A stretch of DNA of 63,951 nucleotides, filler included, from Licmophora abbreviata (taxonomy: Eukaryota): assembly GCA_900291995.1 (NCBI GenBank). It is 16 parts of 16 records of this genome, joined end to end, with 100 filler letters (N's around TTAATTAATTAA, not from the genome) between each part and the next. Parts side by side here need not be neighbours in the genome. Positions count along the whole stretch, not along the records: positions 8,626 to 12,143 come from OLMU01003759.1; positions 12,244 to 24,423 come from OLMU01003761.1; 14 more parts are not named here. One strand, given 5' to 3'. Positions within the stretch are counted from its first letter, which is position 1. Each line of letters starts with the position of its first letter. This document shows, one piece after another, positions 9,455 to 19,583 of this stretch. Both the position numbers and the translations under genes were made by a program. A model generated the notes under the pieces. It searched no databases, had not been told where the DNA came from, and was given only the letters and a program-made list of their open reading frames with translations.

Positions 9455-10536
9455 TGTGCTGCCTCCTTGCCAAATACGATCGCCTGCGCGGGATCCCATG
9501 AAAGAATGTAATTCTGTCCAACGCTCAGATCGCGTGGCTCGCCCAGACTGAGGTGATGATCGACCTCGACTGTCTTGTGGTCTGCGGTTTCAAACAGAAA
9601 GATGATCGAGGATCCGAGATATTCGCTCGCGAGGTAGCGGACAGGCAGCGCAGGCCCGGGCAGGTCTGAGACATCCGTGTCGAATATCCGTGTCCGGTCA
9701 TACCGGATCGCATAGACATCAGTGTCGTTGGTACGAACAGCAGATACAGGTGCCGCTCCGAAGGCGCCATGGAAGCTGCCGTCCTTCAGAGTTCCCTCGA
9801 AAAGATTGAAGCGATTCAGAAACAGCGCGACATCCGAAATGATCGGGCGGTCATAAATCGCATCCGGTGTGTCGTATTGCACGATCCGGCCAGAATCCAG
9901 CACCGCCACCCGGTCGCCCATTGCCAGAGCTTCGGTTTCGCTTCCCGTCACATGCAGGAAGGTCACATCAAGCCTTTCGCGAATGGTCCGCAGTTCCGTC
10001 TGCATTCTTTCACGCAAGTTGGCGTCCAATGCTCCAAGCGGCTCGTCCAGCAACACCAGTTTCGGCTGCATCACGAGCGAGCGCGCCAGTGCAACACGCT
10101 GCTTCTGGCCACCCGATATCTGATCCGGATTCCGGTCTTCCAGACCGGCAAGACCGACCATGTCGATCGAGGCCCTGACGCGATCCGTGATCTCTGCGTC
10201 CGGCACTTTGGTCGCGCCATTCCGCAAGCCGAAGGCGACGTTCTCGAAAATGGTCAGGTGTGGGAAAAGTGCGAAATTCTGAAAGACAAAGCCGATTCCG
10301 CGCTCATGAGCCGGCAGATCGGTGATGTCACGACCCTGAAACCAGATGCGGCCCGTATCCGGCGCTTCAAATCCGGCGATCACGCGCAGGAGTGAGGTCT
10401 TGCCCGACCCCGATGGCCCCAGAAGCGCAATGTAGCTGTTGTCCTCAGCGACGAAATCTATGCCGTCAAGCGCGGTCAGATTGCCATATCTGCGCGTCAC
10501 TCCCTCCAGCCGGAAAATGGGGTCACTTTGCGTCAT
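9451..10536 (-). CDS. ABC transporter ATP-binding protein (PotA-like) with degenerate H-loop
   Basis: GPSGSGKTS, FQNFALFPH, ISGGQKQR and LLDEP are intact; the H-loop reads VTGSE instead of VTHDQ. Start MTQSDP at 10536. Confidence 0.9.
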   Translation of the reverse strand: MTQSDPIFRLEGVTRRYGNLTALDGIDFVAEDNSYIALLGPSGSGKTSLLRVIAGFEAPDTGRIWFQGRDITDLPAHERGIGFVFQNFALFPHLTIFENVAFGLRNGATKVPDAEITDRVRASIDMVGLAGLEDRNPDQISGGQKQRVALARSLVMQPKLVLLDEPLGALDANLRERMQTELRTIRERLDVTFLHVTGSETEALAMGDRVAVLDSGRIVQYDTPDAIYDRPIISDVALFLNRFNLFEGTLKDGSFHGAFGAAPVSAVRTNDTDVYAIRYDRTRIFDTDVSDLPGPALPVRYLASEYLGSSIIFLFETADHKTVEVDHHLSLGEPRDLSVGQNYILSWDPAQAIVFGKEAAQ

Positions 10537-10774
10537 AAAGCCCTCTTTTCGTTGTGAACCCAAGCAACTCAGCCGCCGCACGACCTGCTTGTGGAGTGCT
10601 GCAACATGGCCTGAACACAAAATGTATATCGTATGAAATGACTAATTGGGACTTATAGCAAGAGCCATCTTTTCCCGGATCCTCAGCGAATTTTTCCCTT
10701 AATTCCGAAAAATGTTAAGAAAACCCACGGAATTTACGGCAAAAATAAATGAACAATGAGTTCTAAGTGCATTT

Positions 10775-11758
10775 TTAAACTCTATTCAGATATTTGGGGA
10801 TCGATTCGCTTTCGGGTATCAGGGCCACGATCTTGAGCCTTGCCAGACTCTTGTACGACAGTATGCGCAAATGTTCTTTTAAATATTCAGTCGAGGCGCT
10901 TGTCTGTCGTGATCCGATCAGATGGAAAAGGGCGCCGTATTGATCCAGGGCGACCGTGTCCACCGGCAAACCAAGGTCGCTGAGCGCCTTGTCCATCGCA
11001 GACAACAGCAAGCGATTGTTGTCGATGATTTCCACCAGAGCACTGTTGGGAGCCTTGCGAAGACAGTAACGCATTAGCGCATCTTCCAGTTCGGCCGCGT
11101 CCTTTGCTTTGCCACTCTCGATCTGCCGGCAGATCCGCGTGATGTGGGAATGGTCGATGAAATCGGTCGCCATCCGCAGGGCTTCCGGTTCCATCAAGCT
11201 GCGAAGCTCGAATTTCTCGCGCAAGGTCCGGGCGGTCAGTGGCCCGGCAAGCCAATGCGAGGTTGCGCCCTTTCGGATCAACCCCCGTTCATTCAGGCGG
11301 CTCAGGACATCTCTGGCGACGGTGCGACTGACGCCGAGATGGTTTGCCAGCTCGGTTTCGACCACCCGGAATTCACCGAATATCTGACAGGCCGCGATTT
11401 CCGCTTCGACCTTGTCATAGACCCGAAGCCATGTCCCCCGCACAGCCAAGGCCGAGCGCGAGGCAGGGGGAATGTCGAAATCGAAATCCTCCAGAGGCTT
11501 CCGGATCGGTTTCAGGTTGGCCGAAGGTTGTCCGACCAGATAGCCGCGTCCCCGGAACCGGTGTATCAAACCCTCGGCGTTCAGCATCCGCAGCGACGCT
11601 TGCACCGGAGCGCGGCTGGTTTGCATCAGCTTTGCGATCGGGCCTTCGATCAGAACAAACCCATCGGGCAGGCGCCCCGACACGATGTTGTATCGCAAGA
11701 CCCGGCTGATGGTTTCGTAAAGAGGCTCCTGTTCCAGGCTGTTGGGTTTCGCGGTCAT
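10775..11758 (-). CDS. GntR-family regulator with two tandem winged-HTH domains plus an FCD-like domain
   Basis: HTH1 LYETI...IAKLMQTSRAPVQASLRMLNAEGLI..RGRGY; HTH2 ETELANHLGVSRTVARDVLSRLNERGLI; then FELRSLMEPEA. Start MTAKPN at 11758. Confidence 0.85.
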   Translation of the reverse strand: MTAKPNSLEQEPLYETISRVLRYNIVSGRLPDGFVLIEGPIAKLMQTSRAPVQASLRMLNAEGLIHRFRGRGYLVGQPSANLKPIRKPLEDFDFDIPPASRSALAVRGTWLRVYDKVEAEIAACQIFGEFRVVETELANHLGVSRTVARDVLSRLNERGLIRKGATSHWLAGPLTARTLREKFELRSLMEPEALRMATDFIDHSHITRICRQIESGKAKDAAELEDALMRYCLRKAPNSALVEIIDNNRLLLSAMDKALSDLGLPVDTVALDQYGALFHLIGSRQTSASTEYLKEHLRILSYKSLARLKIVALIPESESIPKYLNRV

Positions 11759-12143
11759 TGTCCGGACGTTCCCAGGCTTGTGATGAAACGGTTCCAGGCG
11801 CGTGCCGCGTAATTGTATTCGTCCATCACCGTATTCCACAACGCGATCCGGCTGACACGTTCGCGGTAGGCTCCGCCTGCGCGGCGTTGACCCGCTCGAA
11901 CCACGATCCTGCCATCAGGCCCTTTCAGGTCGCATCGGGCGATCTCTCCTTCATACCAATAGCCCCACTCCTCAGGGCTCAGGTATTCGCGCACGCCATC
12001 GGCATTCGTCATGTAATGCCCCTGTCGCGCCATCACCGCCCCCGCCGGACCCGATAGCCACCAGTTCAGATACTCATAAGCGATATCCAACTGGCTGCCT
12101 GAAAGGTGCCGCGCGAGTGAGGCGCCCCCGTGCCAGGCGCGAT
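11755..12143 (-). CDS. Second solute-binding-protein paralogue, C-terminal part (rest lost in gap)
   Basis: YRAW...YLNWWLSGPAG...QGHY...YWYEG...RAGGAYRER...W...DEY aligns with YRGW...YADYWLSGPP...QGYY...FWYEG...RDGGSLEER...W...DEY of the 6153-7376 SBP; ATGA-coupled to the gntR gene. Confidence 0.8.
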
Positions 12144-12243
12144 NNNNNNNNNNNNNNNNNNNNNNNNNNNNNNNNNNNNNNNNNNNNTTAATTAATTAAN
12201 NNNNNNNNNNNNNNNNNNNNNNNNNNNNNNNNNNNNNNNNNNN

Positions 12244-13152
12244 ATCTCGGAAACCTATTTCCCGCTCTCGGTTGAATGCCGGGACGCCACGCGTTTCAGG
12301 GGGTCTTTGAAGTCGTGGGGGCTTGGTGTGATGGGCCTGTCCGAGATGGAATGCGACGGCGTCATGTACCGCCGTAACAAGAGCCATTTCCAAGAGGAAA
12401 AGGACAACAGCCTGCTGATTACGATCCCCCATGTCGCCGAGGTGCGTTTCCATCAGGCGTCACGCCATACGCGCTGTGCGCCAGGTGGCTTTTTGGTCGA
12501 ACAGGGCGACATGCCATATGAATTCTCTCACAGCCAGCGCAACAAACTTTGGGTGCTGAAGGTGCCGACCGCCAGTGTGCAGTCGCGCGTTGGGCCGACG
12601 GAGCGGCTGAGCGCCCTCACATTTGATGCGCGCTCCGGGATCGGGTCCTATTTCGTCGGCGCCGTGCGGAACACGATCGAAAGCATTGATGTCATCAACG
12701 ATGCCGCGCGTGAAATGGCCGGGCAACATCTGCTCGATCTTCTGTGCCTATCCATGCGCAGCGATGATCGCATTCTCGACAGTTCCGTGTCGACGATCCG
12801 TGCCGCCCATCTGCAGCGGGCCGAGCAGTTCATACGTGATAACCTGTCAAACCCCAATCTGGGGCCGCAAATGGTTGCCGAGTCTTGCGGCATATCCCTT
12901 CGGTATCTGCAGGGTTTGTTCGCCGAAAACGAGTGCTCTGTTGCGGGCTATATTCGTGACAGGCGGCTGACACGCTGTCGCGAGACGCTGGAGATGGTGC
13001 ATGACACCTCCACCATGGCCCAGATCGCGCAGAAATGGGGCTTCTACGATCAGGCCCAGTTCTGCAAGCACTACCGCGCCAAGTTCGGCTGTACGCCGAC
13101 GGAGACACGCAAGCAAAGGCGTTCGGATGCATGCGTCCGACCCGTCGTGTGA
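12244..13152 (+). CDS. AraC-family regulator (FeaR-like ligand-binding domain), 5' end lost in gap
   Basis: The frame is open from the contig edge (ISETYFPL...); C-terminal VAESCGISLRYLQGLF...IAQKWGFYDQAQF..FGCTP double HTH. Confidence 0.9.
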   Translation: MSETYFPLSVECRDATRFRGSLKSWGLGVMGLSEMECDGVMYRRNKSHFQEEKDNSLLITIPHVAEVRFHQASRHTRCAPGGFLVEQGDMPYEFSHSQRNKLWVLKVPTASVQSRVGPTERLSALTFDARSGIGSYFVGAVRNTIESIDVINDAAREMAGQHLLDLLCLSMRSDDRILDSSVSTIRAAHLQRAEQFIRDNLSNPNLGPQMVAESCGISLRYLQGLFAENECSVAGYIRDRRLTRCRETLEMVHDTSTMAQIAQKWGFYDQAQFCKHYRAKFGCTPTETRKQRRSDACVRPVV

Positions 13153-13248
13153 CGAAAGTTCGATGAACGTCCTGCACTTTTGGTTTCGCAGGCGAACGGT
13201 ATCGCCTGTCGCGCGTTCGGCAGGTGTGAAAAAGGATAGGAAAAACTG

Positions 13249-15276
13249 ATGACAAAGACGAGAGTTGCAGTAGATGTCGGGGGGACGTTCACCGACGTTT
13301 GTATCATGGACGAAGAGACCGGGCAGATCCGGATCGAAAAGACACCGTCCACTCCCGATGATCCCATGCGCGCCATCCTGACTGGCGTGTCGGATGCCAA
13401 GGTAAGCCTGTCCGACGTCACCATGTTTTCACATGGGACCACGGTGGCCACGAATGCGCTGATCACACGCAAGTTGCCGCGTGCGGCCATGGTCTGCACA
13501 GAAGGTTTCCGCGATGTCGTCGAGATCCGCCGCTCGAACAAGGAAGACCTGTGGGACACCTACAAGGATGTTGCCAAACCCTACATTCCGCGAAGGGACC
13601 GTCTGACCGTAAAGGAACGCGTGGACGCTGCTGGAAAGATCATCCAGGAGCTTGACGAGGATGAGGCGCGTCGCGTCGCCGAGATCCTGAAAAAGCGCGA
13701 TGTGAAGGCGGTCGCGGTTTGCTTCATCAACTCGTATGTCAACAGCACGAACGAAGTGCGCATGCGGGCGATCCTGCGCGAGGTGATGCCGGATGTGCAT
13801 ATCTCGATATCGTCAGAGATCATGCCCGAAATATTCGAGCATGAGCGGTTCTCCACGACGATGGTCAATGCCGTCGTGTCGCCGGTGGTCGTCGATTATG
13901 TCTCGCGCCTCAGCGACAAATTGACGGACGGTGGATACAATCGGGACCTTCTTTTGCTGCACTCGGGCGGCGGGGTCATGACACCTGCCAGCGTCAAGGA
14001 TTTCGCGGCGCGTCTTGCAGGGTCCGGAATCGCGGCGGGGGCCATCGCCAGCCGTTTCATCGGCAATCTGTGCGGCTATGAGAATTCGATCGGTTTCGAC
14101 ATGGGTGGAACCAGCACAGATGTGTCGCTGACCTACCGCGGCGAATCCACAGTGACGAAGGACTGGTATATCGAATACGGCTATCCGATCCGGTTTCCCA
14201 GCATCGAGGTGCTGACAATCGGGGCCGGCGGAGGATCTCTGGCCTGGAAGGACGAGGGGGGATCGCTGCGCAACGGGCCGCAATCCGCCGGAGCCTATCC
14301 GGGGCCTGCCTGCTACTCCAACGGCAACGAGGTGGCGACCAACAGTGATGCCAATGTTGTCTTGGGCCGCCTCGGGCATAGTCTTGCCGGCGGTGACATC
14401 ACTCTTGATCCTGCACTGGCCGAAAAGGCTGTGCGCGAGACAGTCGCAGAACCTTTCGGCATGGAACTTCACGAGGCGGCCGAGGCGATCATCGACGTGG
14501 CCAACGCCAATATGGCCAACGCGGTGCGCCTTCTGTCGATCAGCCGCGGACATGACCCGCGGGATTTCGCGCTTATCGCCTTTGGCGGTGCGGGCGCCCT
14601 GCACGGTGCTGCTGTGGCAAAGGAGCTGTCCATTCCGGTCGTGATCGTGCCGCCCAACCCGGGCGTCACCTCGGCGATGGGATGCCTGCTCGTCGATATC
14701 CAGCACGACTTTTCCGACAGCTTCATGGCGGATGCCGCAACCACGACGCCGGAAGACCTGGAAGCCGCTTTTTCAAGGATCGAGAAAGAGGCCGTTGCAC
14801 GGTTGCAACACGAAGGTGTCGCGCCCGAAGACACCGTCCTGCAACGCTCGGTCGAGATGATGTATCAAGGACAGTGGCGCTCGCTTTCCGTCTCGGCTCC
14901 GTCCCCGATCACGAGCACGAAGGACCTCGTGCAAGGCTTTCACAACGAGCATGAGCGCGAATACAATTTCCGTCGCGAAGACGCACCCGTCAGTATCTTC
15001 CGTGTTGGCGTGAAGGCGACCGGCATCGTGCAGAAGGCCAAGTTGCCGTCCTTCGAGGTCGTCAAGCACGCACCCGAACCATCCGGCACCCGCCCGGTTT
15101 GGTTCAAGGGGGAAAAATGCGAGGCCGCGATTTATGACCGCGCCAAGATGAAGGCGGGCGCTGAATTTACCGGACCCGCGATTGTCGAGCAGATCGACTC
15201 GACAGTCGTCGTGCCGCCCAAGGCTACGGCCAAAGTCGACCAATACATGAACATTCTTATTCGCGTGAAGGACTGA
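13249..15276 (+). CDS. Hydantoinase/oxoprolinase A subunit (ATP-binding; N-methylhydantoinase A or lactamase alpha type)
   Basis: VDVGGTFTD, HGTTVATNAL, DMGGTSTD, GAGGGS, GPQSAGAYPGPACY and AFGGAGALH motifs. Confidence 0.95.
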   Translation: MTKTRVAVDVGGTFTDVCIMDEETGQIRIEKTPSTPDDPMRAILTGVSDAKVSLSDVTMFSHGTTVATNALITRKLPRAAMVCTEGFRDVVEIRRSNKEDLWDTYKDVAKPYIPRRDRLTVKERVDAAGKIIQELDEDEARRVAEILKKRDVKAVAVCFINSYVNSTNEVRMRAILREVMPDVHISISSEIMPEIFEHERFSTTMVNAVVSPVVVDYVSRLSDKLTDGGYNRDLLLLHSGGGVMTPASVKDFAARLAGSGIAAGAIASRFIGNLCGYENSIGFDMGGTSTDVSLTYRGESTVTKDWYIEYGYPIRFPSIEVLTIGAGGGSLAWKDEGGSLRNGPQSAGAYPGPACYSNGNEVATNSDANVVLGRLGHSLAGGDITLDPALAEKAVRETVAEPFGMELHEAAEAIIDVANANMANAVRLLSISRGHDPRDFALIAFGGAGALHGAAVAKELSIPVVIVPPNPGVTSAMGCLLVDIQHDFSDSFMADAATTTPEDLEAAFSRIEKEAVARLQHEGVAPEDTVLQRSVEMMYQGQWRSLSVSAPSPITSTKDLVQGFHNEHEREYNFRREDAPVSIFRVGVKATGIVQKAKLPSFEVVKHAPEPSGTRPVWFKGEKCEAAIYDRAKMKAGAEFTGPAIVEQIDSTVVVPPKATAKVDQYMNILIRVKD

Positions 15277-15279
15277 GGT

Positions 15280-17241
15280 ATGAACAGCACAACCAATCAG
15301 GAACTGGACCCGGTCACATTCGAGGTTCTCAAGAATTCTTTCATTACCTCGGTTGACCAGATGGCCGAGCAGATGCTGCGGACTTGCTATTCCTTCGTGA
15401 TCTACAACCGTGATTTCTCGAACGGTCTGCATGACGCCGAAGGAAACTGCGTTGCGCAGGGCAATTCGGACATCGCGGTGCATGTCGGAACCTTGCACTA
15501 TACCTGCAAGGACGTGATCCGTGTTTTCGAAGGCGATATGTATCCCGGCGATGTCTATGCGATCAACGATCCATATGCAGGCGGTACCCACTTCAGCGAC
15601 GTGCGCCTGATCCGCCCGATCTTCGACGAAGAACAGCTGATCGGCTTCTCGCAGTCCAACGGGCACTGGTCCGATCTGGGTGGCTCCGTTCCGGGGTCGT
15701 TCAACGTTGCGGCGCATGAGATGTTCGGCGAAGCGGTGCGGATCACACCTATCCGGCTGTTTCACAAGGGCAGGTTCTGTGCCGATGTGGCGAATATGAT
15801 CGCTGCCAATACGCGCGATCCCGCATCGATCATCGGCGACATCCATTCACAGGCCCAGGCGACACAGGTGGCCGAACGCGAACTTCAGAGACTGGTGGCC
15901 AAATATGGACGCGATCAAGTCACCCAAGGCATGGGCGCGGTGCAGGACTATGTCGAACGCGCGGTGCGTCAGCGCATATCGGACTTGCCTGACGGGACAT
16001 GGGAGGCCGTGGATTATATCGACCGTGATCCGGGTGCAGGCGAGGGAATGATCCCGATCCATATCAAGATGACAATCAAGGGCGACCGGATCGTTTATGA
16101 TTTCGAGGGCAGCCACCCGACCATCTCGTCGATCTACAACTCTGCGCACGGCGCGACGTTTTCGGCTGTGGTCGCCGGGATGAAGACATTTTTCCCCGAC
16201 TTGCCGCTCAATAGCGGGTTTTACCGCATGGTCGAGGTCAAGGCTCCCAAGAACAGCGTCGTGAGTGCGGAATGGCCCGTTGCGGTGACGGGCTTTCTGA
16301 TGCCGTTCGAAAAGATCATGAACGCGATTTTCGAAATGTGGTCACAGATCATGCCGGAGCGCGCCATCGCCTGTGCCTTCAACTTGGAATATCTGCTCGC
16401 CGGTGGGAACGATCTGCGCAAGCCCGAGAAACCCATCTACATGTTTTACGAGTGGTTGCCCGGTGGCTGGGGCGGTCGTAACGGCAAGGATGGAAGCGAC
16501 GTGACAACCGCCTGTTTCGGTACCGGCTTGATGTCGCAGCCTTCGGAAGGCAACGAGCGCGTGAACCCTACGCGCGCCGATGAATTCCAGATCAAACAGG
16601 ACAGTCCCGGCCCCGGTAAATGGCGTGGCGGTGCTGGCGTGATCAAGGCGTCGACATTGCTGGAAGCCGAAAACACGGTCATGTCCTATATCTGCGACCG
16701 GGAACGTGCTGTGGTCTGGGGCGTCGAAGGTGGGTTGCCGTCGATGCCGCACGGTCTGATGATCGAGCACGCCGACACCGGCGAGGAAAAGTGGCTGGGT
16801 TCCGTATTCTCGAATTACAAGATCAAGAGCGGCGACAGGTTCACACGGCCCACCGCCGGGGGTGGCGGCTATGGTGACCCAATGGAGCGCGACCCGGAAC
16901 GTGTCCGTCAGGATGTGATTGACGAATATGTTTCGGTCAAGCGGGCAGAACTCGACTATGGTGTGGTGATCAAGGTGATTGACGCCGATATGCTGGAATA
17001 TGAGATAGACGAAGCCGCGACCGAAAAAGCCCGAGCGTATATTCGCCAAAACCGCGTGGGCTGGGCTCGAATGGACCCCGAGATCGTGTCTCGCATGTAT
17101 CAGAACGGCGAAATCGACGAGATGGACGCGGTTCGCAGATATGCCGTCATCCTAGACTGGGGGACAGGCGAGATCATGGAGAACTCGACGCGGCAGTTCC
17201 GGGAGAGCTTTGAGAAGCGTTCCGTCGCGCATTGGAGTTGA
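15280..17241 (+). CDS. Hydantoinase B/oxoprolinase subunit
   Basis: LDPVTFEV, RDFS, AVHVG, NDPYAGGTHFSD, GHWSDLGG.VPGS, GPGKWRGG and GGGGYGDP motifs. Confidence 0.95.
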   Translation: MNSTTNQELDPVTFEVLKNSFITSVDQMAEQMLRTCYSFVIYNRDFSNGLHDAEGNCVAQGNSDIAVHVGTLHYTCKDVIRVFEGDMYPGDVYAINDPYAGGTHFSDVRLIRPIFDEEQLIGFSQSNGHWSDLGGSVPGSFNVAAHEMFGEAVRITPIRLFHKGRFCADVANMIAANTRDPASIIGDIHSQAQATQVAERELQRLVAKYGRDQVTQGMGAVQDYVERAVRQRISDLPDGTWEAVDYIDRDPGAGEGMIPIHIKMTIKGDRIVYDFEGSHPTISSIYNSAHGATFSAVVAGMKTFFPDLPLNSGFYRMVEVKAPKNSVVSAEWPVAVTGFLMPFEKIMNAIFEMWSQIMPERAIACAFNLEYLLAGGNDLRKPEKPIYMFYEWLPGGWGGRNGKDGSDVTTACFGTGLMSQPSEGNERVNPTRADEFQIKQDSPGPGKWRGGAGVIKASTLLEAENTVMSYICDRERAVVWGVEGGLPSMPHGLMIEHADTGEEKWLGSVFSNYKIKSGDRFTRPTAGGGGYGDPMERDPERVRQDVIDEYVSVKRAELDYGVVIKVIDADMLEYEIDEAATEKARAYIRQNRVGWARMDPEIVSRMYQNGEIDEMDAVRRYAVILDWGTGEIMENSTRQFRESFEKRSVAHWS

Positions 17242-17247
17242 CATTGC

Positions 17248-17276
17248 CATGGCCCGGCACATCCTGCCGGGCCATG
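17248..17276 (+). terminator. Stem-loop terminator after the hydantoinase B gene
   Basis: CATGGCCCGGCA-CATCC-TGCCGGGCCATG forms a 12-bp perfect stem, followed by TGCTTT. Confidence 0.65.
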
Positions 17277-17434
17277 TGCTTTGGTAACAGCTTTACAAGA
17301 AGCCCCGTCTGTGAAGCGGGCAGGGCGCTTGCCTCGCACAGACATGTTCCTGGCCCCCGAAAGCAGGCGATCCGACAAAAGGTGCAGGGGCGTGTCACCG
17401 ACCGCTTGCCTGACAGCACTTCAAACCTTGTGGG

Positions 17435-18784
17435 TCAGTCCTGCGAGGGCGTGTCGGGAACGATCGGCAGTCGGATCGATGCCTGAAACCCGTCGGGCGC
17501 ATCGGGGCGTGGTGACACCAGAACAAGGTCGCTTCCGATCCGCTCGGCGATGGCCGTGACGATGGCCAGACCTAGCCCGCTGCCCTCGCTACTGGCATTC
17601 GCCCGCTCGAAACGACTCCCCAGTCGGGCGATCGTGTCACGCGGCACGACCGGGCCGTCATTTGCCACGCTCAGAAGACCTTCGCTTGTCAGGCGCACCT
17701 CGACCGGGGTGGTTTCTGCGCCATGGCGCAAGGCGTTCTCTACAAGATTTCGGCACAGGATGCCGAAAGCGTCGGGGTGGATGTCCGACAGCACAGGCCT
17801 GTCCGGCAGGTTCAGAACGATGCGCCCCGGCGGGCAGGCGCGCGCCAGATCCTCCACCATGATCCTCGCCACGGTCCTGATATCGGTGCCCTGATCGGTT
17901 CTCAACTGCCCGCCTTCCGCCCGCGCAAGCTGCATCAGGCGCTCGGAAAGCCGGGTCAGTCGCTTGAGTGTCGTTTCAATTTCTCGAGCGCGCGCGTCAA
18001 TCGCCGGATCACGCGTTTCTGATCGAATGCGCTGGGCCTGCCCGATGGCGCCCGCCAGAGGGGTGCGGATTTCATGGGCTGCATTGGCCGCAAAGCTGCG
18101 TTCGGCCTCGAAGGCGTTGCGCATCCGGGCAAGAAGCCCGTTGACCGTTGCCGCAAGGGGCGACAGCTCCGCTGGCAGGCCCTCGGCTGGGATTCCCGAC
18201 AGGTCTCGTGCGCTCCGCGCCTCGATGCGCGTTCGGAAATGGCGCAACGGCGCGAGACTGAACCGCACCGTCAGAATGATAGCCACCAGCGCCACCGGCA
18301 GCACGATCAACAGCGGCAGACCGAATCCAACCTGGATTTCGCGCGCGACCTCGGCGCGATGCGTCAGCGGTTCGGCCACCGTGATCCGGATCGTCCCTTG
18401 CAGCGCCGCATCACTATACAGGCGATGAGTGGCGGTCTGCTGAAACCCGGTCCTTTCATAGGGCGGGAAAATGGCCGGATCGGCCGCATGGGACTGCAGA
18501 AGAATGCGCCCTTCGCTATCGCGCACCACATAGGTGAAAAACTCGTCATGCGCGCGGACCGGGGTCAGTCGCTGCGTTATCCCCTGATCTTCCCGGCCGA
18601 CGATGTCGGTTACCGCGAGTGGCAGGATGCGCTCTGCGGTTTCGCGCAGGGCGCTGTCAAAGACCTCGTCCATCTCGCCGCGGATCGAGACAGCCGTCAC
18701 CGTCGCAGCCACAAGCCAGAGGATTGTCAGGACAAGGCCGAGCGACAGCGCAAGCCGGGCCTGCAGGCTTGCCGGCCATCTCAT
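17435..18784 (-). CDS. Sensor histidine kinase (QseC/PmrB-like)
   Basis: Two TM segments, HAMP region, H-box [18 protein letters not shown] and GSGLGLAIV. Confidence 0.93.
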   Translation of the reverse strand: MRWPASLQARLALSLGLVLTILWLVAATVTAVSIRGEMDEVFDSALRETAERILPLAVTDIVGREDQGITQRLTPVRAHDEFFTYVVRDSEGRILLQSHAADPAIFPPYERTGFQQTATHRLYSDAALQGTIRITVAEPLTHRAEVAREIQVGFGLPLLIVLPVALVAIILTVRFSLAPLRHFRTRIEARSARDLSGIPAEGLPAELSPLAATVNGLLARMRNAFEAERSFAANAAHEIRTPLAGAIGQAQRIRSETRDPAIDARAREIETTLKRLTRLSERLMQLARAEGGQLRTDQGTDIRTVARIMVEDLARACPPGRIVLNLPDRPVLSDIHPDAFGILCRNLVENALRHGAETTPVEVRLTSEGLLSVANDGPVVPRDTIARLGSRFERANASSEGSGLGLAIVTAIAERIGSDLVLVSPRPDAPDGFQASIRLPIVPDTPSQD

Positions 18785-19440
18785 GGCCGCCCCAGACGGT
18801 AACCCATACCGCGCTCGGTTTCGATGATCCCGGCTCCCAGTTTCTTGCGCAACCGGCTGACATGCACTTCGATCGTGTTGCTTTCCACCTCGGCGCCAAA
18901 TTCATAAAGCTTTTCTTCAAGTTGCGCCTTCGACAAAAGCTGCCCGGGACGCGCAAGAAAGGCCTCGAACAGCGCCCATTCGCGCGCGGTCAATTGCACC
19001 GGCTTGCCGTCGCGATGAACACTGTGCGCGGCAAGATCGACGTCGATGGGGCCATGGGTGATGATCGGGTTGGGGTTGCCACAATAGCGCCGCGCGACCG
19101 AGCCGATCCTTGCGGACAATTCGGCAAGGTCAAAGGGCTTCACGAGGTAGTCATCGGCACCCGCGTTCAACCCCTCGATCCGATCCGTGACCTGATCGAG
19201 TGCGGTCAGAATGATGACCGGTGTCACATCGCCCCGCAGTCGCAACGCCTTCAGAAATCCGATGCCGCGCCCATCCGGCAGCATAAGGTCGAGAAGGATC
19301 AGGTCATAAGACGTTGCGCGCAGCGCATCATCCGCAGTGTCAAGCCTGGTGACCCAATCCACCGACCGGCCATCCGCCGCAATCTGGTCGCGCACGGCCG
19401 CGCCGAGCGTCGTATCGTCCTCGATCAGCAGGATGCGCAT
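18781..19440 (-). CDS. OmpR-family response regulator
   Basis: MRILLIEDD (start 19440), [24 protein letters not shown] and [13 protein letters not shown]. Confidence 0.95.
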   Translation of the reverse strand: MRILLIEDDTTLGAAVRDQIAADGRSVDWVTRLDTADDALRATSYDLILLDLMLPDGRGIGFLKALRLRGDVTPVIILTALDQVTDRIEGLNAGADDYLVKPFDLAELSARIGSVARRYCGNPNPIITHGPIDVDLAAHSVHRDGKPVQLTAREWALFEAFLARPGQLLSKAQLEEKLYEFGAEVESNTIEVHVSRLRKKLGAGIIETERGMGYRLGRP

Positions 19441-19483
19441 GGATGTCCCTTCCGTTTCGATGATCCAGCTTTGGCGGCTGCGG

Positions 19484-19532
19484 CTGACGCAAAGCTGACG
19501 CTTGCGGGAACACCTCTTCAGGTTCCTGTCAG
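19484..19532. promoter_or_regulatory. Putative response-regulator operator array 1
   Basis: CTGAC-N6-CTGAC-N17-TTCAG-N6-GTCAG in the divergent RR/PepSY intergenic region; same geometry as the array at 20641. Confidence 0.7.
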
Positions 19533-19583
19533 TATGGTGAGGCTTAATGCCCCTGAACAGATGCTCCACATTGAGTTTGTCCC

